DNA of 64,000 nt from Bugula neritina (lineage: Eukaryota > Animalia > Bryozoa), in the NCBI GenBank assembly GCA_964035545.1, contig OZ037766.1, forward strand, positions 25,102,126 through 25,166,125, in the 5' to 3' direction. The notes below the pieces were generated by a model. That model made no database searches and was not told the origin of the DNA. It saw only the letters and a list, made by a program, of their open reading frames with translations. Positions 54,242 to 64,000 of the stretch are shown piece after piece. The stretch's first letter is position 1; every line of letters starts with the position of its first letter. The translations under genes were made by a program, and so were the position numbers.

Positions 54242-56844
54242 AGAGGTTTGTTAAACTAAAGCATGTTGGGGATTTTTTAAGTCACAACTTCGATGTATTA
54301 TTTTCATTCCAAACTATACCTGCATGATATATATTGGAAACACTATTCTACATTAAAGATAGATAATCAATCTGCTCAGCATAAATATTATTTACGGCTG
54401 GTTACTCTACAATCTTATAAATAGATGTTAATGTTTTTTGCTTGTCTTTAATGCAATGAATATTTCTTGACTGTTTATTGTCCTTTTCATTCTGCTATTT
54501 TGCCCAATAAAATATGCTTATTCCAGATATCTTTATAACTTGTTATGAGTGAAACAATGCATGTACAATTGCTACTCTGTGAAGCAGCCTATTTCATAAC
54601 ATGCTAAAATTATTTGTAAACATTAAATCGAAGTTTACTTTTAAATTGGAAACGTATTAGGAATCACTATAAAAAGCAAGCTAATTGAATAAAAGTTGAA
54701 AACTATAAGATAATAATTTAAATAGTATTAAATGCAATATTATTTGAGATTGATATTTTCATGAGCAATTTTAAACTTTTAAAGGGCTTTCAAAAACGAT
54801 AACAACTGCAACTTTTTATAAACTCTCTAATTCACACTCATCAATAATTGCCAGATGCATTAGTGTTAGTTTAATGAGTTCATTTATGTTGATAATCCAA
54901 TTATTTTATCATTTATAATAATTCCTAAAATTAGTGCTTAACAACTTCACTTTAATCAAAGCTTTTTAGTAAAGATTAAGTTTTGTTAGAGTTTCACTTT
55001 GACTATATATAATAATGTACTTTATATTATATCCGTAACAATGATTAATTTTCATAAAAAGGTTGAACACTTAGTGTTACCTTAACTTTTATTTTTGTTT
55101 TTCGACTGAGCTCTTAAGTATATAATAATCTTTTTTAAGTCATTGCTAAGAAATTTTTAAAACATTTTATTCATTAATTCATAGAGCACGTAATATTTAG
55201 CTAAACAACATATACCTATAGGTGTTATTGTGTTTGAATTACTAGTAACTTCCAGCAGTCAGGCAGACCTGCAACAAAGAATAATCAAGGCAGACAACTC
55301 CTTATAACACTGTATAGAAATGTCATTGGGTTATACAAATTAAATAATTCATAGCAAATAGGCACATTTCTTTTTATAGATATTAAAAATATGGTTTTGG
55401 CAAAGCAGCTATACCAAAGGTACTATTTTATGACAGTTTGAGCAGGTGGCTCGCAACTAGGAAAATAAATGTATTTTTTCTGAAATGAAATTTCCTTGAC
55501 TTTTATATTCTAGAACAAAACTGCTGTGATATTATAATTTTGCACTTGGTCTAAATATTAACTCAATATTTCAATAAATAATAGTTTTAATGCAAGCTAA
55601 TGGCAATCTCCTACACTTAATAAAGGCTTTGGGAAATACTTTTCACTCATCTAAGTCTGCTATAATAATTATAAGGAATGCACATAATATTAATGTCCTT
55701 CTCAATCAAATTTTCAAATAAGAAACTATAACATGCTAAAGTTTAATTTGTACAATATTGTAAATAAACAGTATCTTCATTTTGATCCTGTATTTGTATA
55801 ACATCATTTTCTGCTTATTTATGATATTATACTGTATATAATTATGTGCATATAACTTAAACATATATAAGTATCCACGTTTTGGTCTGCACATGGTGAC
55901 TAAAATTAAGACTCAACAATAATTTGTTTTTAAATTCGAGCTAAAAGGCAATAACTTTATCACTAAGTACTTACAGGATACCAGCTGAAATAATGCTGTA
56001 ACCAAATCAATTTAGGCGTTGCATTGAAATATCCTGGAAATGATAATAGTTATTAATCAAATATAAGTACTGGGAGACTGTATATTAGAAATGACTATTA
56101 AACTGTCATATACTAAGCATCTCCTAGTTATTAGCTATAAGATAATATACTGTAATTATTAGTGCTTTGCATTATACATATACCATGCTGGGAGTTATGT
56201 TACTGGTTTATTAATACTTTAAAGTGTTCTATATAATTCATCTCATATTTATCCTCTGCTTGTTCAATAACAATGTAAGTTTTTATTTAAGTCTTCATTT
56301 AGTGTTAAATATGAATATAGGTACAACAACTAATACTTATATAAGAATCTCACAACTTAACATTTATGTAACTTCAAAATGTCTAGTATAAAAGATTTGA
56401 AGCCATTATCAAATTTTCTATCATATGCGTTTATATTTATAAAAAGTTTTATATTACCTATATTGTCACATTTAATATTTTTGCTGGTGGACAAATTCAA
56501 ATAATTAAGTTTATAAAAGTTATGAGTAAAGCTTCCTGCAGTTAAACTAACTTCAAATGTATATTATATTTATATCGTTTTTATATTTTATAATTAATAC
56601 TTATATTTACTGCATTGCTTTAGGAGTATTGTGCCATAATCAAGTGCTGATCAAAATTTTCTTTTAATTATTTTTGCCCCAATGCATGCAAATCTATTCA
56701 TTAAGTATAAAGGATATAGAAAAAAGTAAAGCAAAAATAATAAATGTCTATAAATTGGGTAAAATATGCTCCTTAATCCATGCAGATATATATACTGGCT
56801 CAATACATAGCTCTTAATTTGTATTTCAGCGATTGCAACTAAGG

Positions 56845-59290
56845 ATGGATGCTCTAAACTTGATTTTCTCATTTCTCATAACTGGGGCTATCCTTGTGTT
56901 ATCACCTAGTACTGGTGGTCCCATTGAAGACCAGCAAGGTAAAGCTCAACAAATAAATATGAATCATGATAGTAATTTTCAGATTTGTAGTTTTTTGCAA
57001 ACTGCATTGCTTGTATATTAAAGCTAAACATAGCATATAATCAATAATAATTCAATTTATAACTTTTAATCTGCAGAAATTATGAGTTATATATGTTGAT
57101 TGCTATAAAATAAAATTATAGACATTATAGTGCTTTTATATATAGCCATATACTACCTTATCTTTAGTACAAGATAGCTGTTTTGACTTATATGCACTAA
57201 ATAAGGTTCAGAATTAGGCCTTATTGCTTATCCTTTGATATGTTATATATAACCTACTGATTTAGTTTTAATATTTACCAGTTAACTGGTTGCATGGACA
57301 ACGTCTTTTACTTTGTGCTCTTAATGCATCGTATTTTAAAATAAAGAGGGTGTCTAAATAAAAAACCTGTTAGGTGTGCGAAAATCCTTACGCAAACAGA
57401 AGCTCTAGATTGCTTAGTCTTTATGCCAAGTGTCATTTAAATTGCAATACATGCATAGGATGACAATTTCAATTCAATTAGATTCTATAATATTTAGAAA
57501 TAAAACTCAAATGGTTATCTCAGTTTTGTTGATGCGAGATCTGTTTCACTAGTTTAGTTTGACTGTGCCTGCTCCATGATCTATTTACTAGGAGTTGTTT
57601 GCTCTATTAAGAAATGTGTAATGAAAAAAGACTCAGTTTTTTTAGAGAATCAATAGGGTAGATTTCATAATTATTACAGACGAAATAAAAAAATTGCTGC
57701 TATATTTCCAGTTACTTATATTAACATGTATCAAAACAGAAATCTGTAGCTATATTATTTCATTCGCTGCAAGCATTATCCTTTTTTATAGTTTCTGCTT
57801 TATATTACAAAGTAAACTGGTAAAAAGCTTTAGGTATATAATTAGTAGCTTCATATTTTAGTTTTTGTTTTTAAATTTAACTTGCTTTCTCCCATTCCTT
57901 CCTTTGCTTGTATAATTATAATACTCTCATATACTAATTATGCTATAAATATAAAAAATGCAATCTCTTTGTACCCTAAAGTTATATAAAAACATCATTA
58001 TTAAGATGTAGTTTTAATATATATAAAGCCATATTTCATTCTGTCAGTACTAATAACTCAATGCTGCTTTTAGTGAAAAAATTCTATCAAGGACAAAGTG
58101 TCGCAACAAGAACAGTGACAGCACCAAATATAAAACCCACATCAAAAAATCCAACAATGTTTCTCCCAGATACAACACCAAACATAACCATCATGGCACA
58201 AAGTAAACTGATACCATCTCATCCAATGAAGAGTCAGAAAATTTTAAGAAAAAGATCAGTAAGGAGGTGTAGAGTGCGTCGTCATAAGATTTCCAAAACT
58301 AAATTGCCACCCAACATGCATTTAACAACAAGGCAATCATCTCTTCACAAAACGTTGTTGGCACAAAAACAAGTTGGAGCAAAACAGAACCATTTTTCAA
58401 CACAAGAACCAGAGTTGACACTAAGTTTGAATCAACAATCAACAAGCATCATAGTTCAGCAAAAGAAAGATCTGAAGCCAACAACTAAGTCACAGAGGTC
58501 ACAGGGGTCACAGAAGCAGCTATCTGCAACCACAGTACAAACATCAAAGCCTGAAAATCTTAGTAGAGTTATAGAAACACGGGATCTAGCTAGTAGACCC
58601 AATAGGTCTGCAGCTGAAGAAACTCAGTCTACAGACTTTCTTCACAAAACTGGTTTGTAACTTACTTGTTAGTCTGCCATCTCATTGTGATTATGATTTA
58701 ATAAGCCCTGTAATAATATGTATTTTGAGCACAATGACACTGCACTGGCCATGATTTAGCTGCGAGATCAGCATCTTAATAGTTATTGCAACGTATTTTT
58801 GCATTTTCAATGCAAATACTTTTCTATTTTGCGTTGCCATGGAAAATTTGCAACACTCATGTTCCAACTGTGGGTTAGCAAGAAATGCTTTTAGAATTAT
58901 TTTTATACAGCTAACTAGTTTAGCAAAATTTAATATAATATACTTTGTTTATATAAGTAATTTTTAGTGTAATATAAACTATATCCCACACGTAACTGTC
59001 ATACATGCATGTACATGCGTGTAATGCTTGTATATATGAATTTGCTTGTTCTAACAATTACTATATATATCTTTGCAGTGAATAGCTGCACGTGCTACTT
59101 AAACAGTACTTACTACTCAGCTGATGTCACTGATAAATGTGATAGCTATGTTCAGAGACCATCTCTCAGCTCGCCAGGCATAAAAAAGAAATGTCCATTT
59201 CCTCTCAAGTTTGATGTAGTCAAATGTGACTGCTTCTATCATTGGTCCGTTATCTGTCCAGAAACATGTACAAGCAGACCAACTGAATGA
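56845..59290 (+). CDS. Gene K: secreted protein with long basic S/T/Q/K-rich region and C-terminal 8-Cys CBM14-like domain (~294 aa)
   Basis: Exons 56845-56938 (signal peptide paralogous to J), 58074-58652 (open 579-nt phase 1-1 exon) and 59079-59290 (CTCYLNSTYYS...CPFPLKFDVVKCDCFYHWSVICPETC). Confidence 0.78.
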
Positions 59291-60001
59291 CACTACTTCG
59301 ATTTTTTGACCAAAATATTCTCAATAATTAGATTGAAAAATTATGCTTTTGTTCAATTATTTACTATTTTTTGATATGCTACAAAATTAAAAGTTGCATT
59401 ATAATTACCAATTCCTATAACTGATTATATAATCAGCTCATTATTGATTTGACTTTTTAAATTTTCAGAAGTTTGCAAATCATTCCCAAAGTTTTATATT
59501 TAATAAAGGAAATTATACTTCATTAATAATAATGTTTCTTTCAGTTATACATTATGCTACATTTTTAATTGTAAAATTCCTGTTGCATGGAAGATTTGTT
59601 TCGCAGCCATCATCTATGACATAATACCTAGAAGTAATTTTATTAATTAATGCCAATCTCCAATATTTCATTGCTTGAGAAGCTTAAGATATATTATAAC
59701 AAGCTTTTATCACAGCCTTAGATGCAATTTAATTTGCTTGCTACAGTAGATGGAGATAGCAATTATATTTAAATTTTTCAATTTTACGTCAAGATTTCAC
59801 TATTTTAATAACTTTATTAGGTTAGCTTTATTTTGAAACTTGTGTGTTGTAACACACCAAATAATTAGTAGATACTTTAATGAGTAGTTGCCTGCCACAA
59901 AGATAAAAAATTACTTCAAGAATTAAGAGAATATTATATCGTAGTTATAACCTGAACATTAAAGCGGAGATATATAGTTGCTTGTTTGAATGCTAATACA
60001 G

Positions 60002-61944
60002 GAGGAGTGATCACCGTAGCAAACTATAGGGCCGTTTCTGACACGAATCCTCCTGAGAAAATCAAAAATTTGTTTGTTGACTCAGGCATCACGAAAAACA
60101 ACACAACTATATTCACTCTCTCTTGGACAGCTTCTGGAAATGATATGAATGTTGGAAGAGGTGAGATCTTGAATACAATAAAAGTCGGCTCCTTCAAAAT
60201 CTATTTATACCATTTCTATAATATGTCCTTGTCCGCTATAGATAATTTGAAATATCAAGTATCAAGATAATACGGTTGCTTAAATATCAGTATCACCACC
60301 AAGGAATTACTTTCACTGCATAAGTGTACCTACTTTTATAATATTAGGACACACTTAAGTAGCTGGTAACACTAAAAAGCTCACCACAAACTTCGTATAG
60401 TTAGCTTGTCAACTTCACACTGTGACAAGTAAGTGATTAACAATTGTTTGCAATTGTATGGGTTTTAGTTTACAGATTTTTATTGCAGCACTTGCACAAC
60501 AGGCAGATTATAAAAAAGCTGGTATAGGATAATTTGCTATTCTCGCTAATTTCTCATGGGAACTATAAACTATAAATACTTAAATGTTTGTGGACCTCAA
60601 CATAATATTGTACAATACCTGCTAATACTAATGTGACTTCCATCATTTAATTTTTTTCAGCCTCTAGCTACACCTTTTATGAATCCAATGACTCATCACT
60701 AAACAATCTACAGCTGTTACCAAACAATCACAAGAGTATCTTAACTAATCTCAGCAGTCTGTTAGTTGATGCCTGTACAAAGCTAGAGCTCGAAATAGAT
60801 TTAGGTGAGGAATTGCAGATAAGATTATATAGCTTTTGCAACAGAATAAAATTTAGAATGTGTCTTGGGCTGTTTAAACAATTTGTTTAAATAAAACCTT
60901 AGAAAAAGTGAGAACAGTTTTCAGGCCTTAACTCTATAATTTAATATTATAATAATATATAACGTACTTGAATTATTTACAAGCTAAATAGAGCATGCTT
61001 TGCAGGTTTAAAAAATTCAACTCTATAACTATACATAAGTATTTGACATCTTCTTGTAAACAATATAAGCTTCCCTTAACTAGTTCCTTGTAATATTCTC
61101 TTTTAATTCTTTGCAGATCAATTACAGTCCGGTGATTCTAATGTCACGTTACGCACTTATTATATAAAGATGGTAGCAAAAGATGACAAAGGGAATCTTG
61201 GCGAGTATTCTAATCCTGTGTCATTGACCATACCGGATCCACAGGCAATGGATACGTGGGTAAGTTTATATAAATGGCATTGCCAAAGTGTTACTTCATA
61301 GATTGACCTTTGCTATCAATGCACAGCCGAGTTTCATTGACATTTTGTGCGGGATGAAAAACTAGTGTAACATCTAGGCAGTCAGTTTTGGAAAGATTTA
61401 TATAAATAAATACCAAATGAAGTATAATACAGAGTATACCATGAAGTATATTATATTGTAGTAGTATACCATGCATAAAGTATAATATATTCATGAAGTA
61501 TAATAAATTATATATACCATGAGGTATATTATATATATAGCACACCAAGAAGTATAATATATAGCATATTACTATGAAGTATAATATATAGTATATACCA
61601 GGAAGTATAATATACAAAATGCTATATATGAAGTATAATATAGGGATCATACATTTGAGATGATTATCTACATGTTTGCTGCCACAGTTTACTTGAAGTT
61701 GAATAATAACTCTGAGGCATTATTCTACAATGATGGAAAATATCGTGAAACTATAAAAGCTGTTTCCTGCGCAATTGAGAGACCAGTGTCTATTTCGTTA
61801 TAGTATAGATACTATGTTTCTCACCTTTGCTGTCAGCTACCCACCACCACCAGCACCACCACCACCAGCACCACCACCACCACCACCAGCACCACCACCA
61901 CCACCACCAGCACCACCACCACCACCACCAGTACCACCACCACC

Positions 61945-61975
<31 letters not shown>

Positions 61976-62558
61976 CCACCACCACCACCACCACCACCAC
62001 CACCACCACCACCACCACCACCACCACCACCACCACCACCACCACCACCACCACCACCACCACCACCACCACCACCACCACCACCACCACCATCACAGTC
62101 ACCAATGTTTCTACAACTTCTTCAGTATAGACAGCCTGGACACCACACTACACCTGCACACCTGTGGATAAGTCAGATACTGAAATAGCGGTTAGCACTT
62201 TGTGTTTGTGGGTTTGTGAGAATTTGTGTGTAGGTAGGTGTTTTGTGGATTTATGCCATAGTGCCTCATTATATCTAGTATAACTACAAAAGTTAAGAAA
62301 ACTTGAATTACTGGGCTTTTGGTTAAAGCTCCCATCACAGATGCACTCATTCTAAGCATGTATTATAGTGGAATTGTCCATTGCTTGTTGTTCTTTCATC
62401 TACTAATTCAAATTAAACTATTGCTATTTTCTTTAGCCATTCTACCCAAATATGCAACTTGTTCTTGGACTGGCAATAGCAGAGGGAGTAGTTTTGTTGC
62501 TTCTTATCGCTGTATTCATTTTTCTGATAGTGAAATATAAAAATGAAACAAAACCCAA
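60002..62558 (+). CDS. C-terminal part of a CLCA-like protein (FN3-like domain, Thr-rich stalk, TM helix); no 5' exons found, possibly a truncated pseudogene
   Basis: Exons 60002-60160 (GGVITV...DTNPPEKIKNL...TLSWTASGNDMNVGR), 60661-60804 (ASSYTFY...), 61117-61259 (YYIKMVAKDDKGNLGEYSNPVSL), 61837-62124 or -62190 (poly-Thr) and 62437-62558 (TM LVLGLAIAEGVVLLLLIAVFIFLIV, then KYK). Motifs resemble the CLCA pattern D-x-x-PP-x-x-I-x-DL...L-x-WTAPGDD-x-D-x-G-x-A and A-x-D...SN. Confidence 0.68.
61415..61641 (+). repeat. Degenerate ~25-bp intronic minisatellite (CATGAAGTATAATATATAGTATATAC-like)
   Basis: About 8-9 recurrences of the GAAGTATAATA core. Confidence 0.8.
61841..62092 (+). repeat. (CCA)n trinucleotide repeat, probably coding poly-Thr
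   Basis: Direct read. Interruptions are AGC/AGT (Ser) in the ACC frame set by the flanking splice phases. Confidence 0.95.
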
Positions 62559-64000
62559 GTATGTATCTTTAAAAATCATTATATATTCTGCTACATATAC
62601 ATCTTTAGGTCGCAATATTTTATGTAGGTTTGAAAATGTTGATATTGTCATTATACTAAGTATGATTAAAGATATAAACGCCAACCAACACTATATTGGC
62701 TTTATTTTAAAACATATTTGTGTTTGTTATATTATTTAGAAAATTTAAAAACTTTTAAAATGCTAGAGAATGCGAGCACATTGCTCTTGAAGTGTGATTA
62801 GCTATCAAAACATGTTTATATACTTCCTAATATTATAATATATAACTGCAAAACTTTATACTATATACCTTTATATACTGTATACTGCATATATTAACTA
62901 TATATATACATGTATAACTGCATATCTTTATATTATATGCTGTTATAATACACCTACTGTTGAAAAATTGAAAGTTCTATATTAATAAAACTATCAATAT
63001 CAACATTAGAAGCAATAATCTACATATATATGTAATATTAGAAGTTATATTTTGGTAATTATATAAAGTCTAATTGGGACAAAGATGTAAGTACCCCTTT
63101 CATGCATGAATTTATAATGAGTCACTTGGTACATATACATAAGTGATGTCCACATAATAAGTGAATGCTATGCATATTCGAATAGGTTTCAAAATGGAAT
63201 TAAAGTTATTATTTTGCTCAGATTTGGTCAGAAAATTACAGCTCTAGCACAGCCATGTTATTTCATATGTATTACCATAGCGATATGGTAATATATATAA
63301 AATAAACATAAACATCCTGTGTAGATGTCTTTGAGTAACTATTTTAGCTCCTATACTCCAAACAAGACACCCACTGATGACATACAAGTTTATGTATATT
63401 ATTATCAAAGCAAGTAGAAAAATTAACATGTTGTAACCTTGATTAAAAAAACTGCAGCACATGCAGTACGTAGCATAGGCTATATTGTATATATAATGCA
63501 GTTTGTGACTGAATATGGCATAGGTGTCAAATATCATCACCTTTTTATTACATACATGCTAAGAGTTATGGCAGGCATAGGTGTTTGATAATATTTCCAA
63601 CAACAGTTGGCAGGCATAGCCATGTAGAATATTATTATAAAGTCATTATACATGCAGATATTCAATGATTTTTTGCTGCATAGAAACCTTTGATTTTGCA
63701 TAAAAATGCTTAAAACAGAAAATTAAAATTCATTAAACGTAACTGTAAAACTATTTGGGTCTGTACCAATATTTCTGCTCATTCGTTTCTCACCAACTTT
63801 TGGAAGGACTGCATATAGGTTGGGGTATAACCAGACATTCGTTTATTTCCTGTACTAACTTTCAGCTTATTTATTACAGCAGCTTACATCAATTACTCAT
63901 AACGGAAAATTCTAATACAAAATAAGGATATGAAAGTATGGTAAAATTAAACTAAGTGGAATAGTGAAATGCTAGAGTTGTTTCCGTCCCTTTCTATATA

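Noticed and set aside
61775-62188. Poly-Pro, poly-His and poly-Val ORFs
   Set aside because: Alternative frames of the (CCA)n repeat. The best flanking splice sites and the Ser interruptions favour the Thr frame, although Pro cannot be fully excluded.
63880-63925. Possible terminal exon of the CLCA-like gene
   Set aside because: The acceptor and phase are plausible, but the peptide is too short and featureless to support.

Overview
AT-rich, intron-containing animal (invertebrate-type) genomic DNA; the taxon cannot be fixed from the sequence alone. The window opens with the 5' exons of a catechol O-methyltransferase-domain gene (COMTD1-like, minus strand). About 56 kb (3.4-59.3 kb) is a tandem/inverted array of 11 spliced genes (labelled A-K here) for secreted Cys-rich proteins. 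Their domains resemble CBM14/peritrophin-A chitin-binding modules but lack the canonical third Cys and carry a CxC instead. The domains sit on phase-1 exons and are combined with Pro/Tyr/Lys/His-rich, Thr-rich or basic linkers. The array shows inversion, unequal crossover, mosaic genes and near-identical exons within diverged introns. The window ends with an orphan 3' part of a CLCA-like gene (FN3-like domain, poly-Thr stalk, transmembrane helix). Intergenic DNA holds tRNA-derived SINEs, MITE/foldback elements, long microsatellites and a perfect inverted repeat whose arms each contain a Penelope-type minimal hammerhead ribozyme motif. All exon models were read by hand from GT-AG signals and paralog comparison; no transcript data were available.
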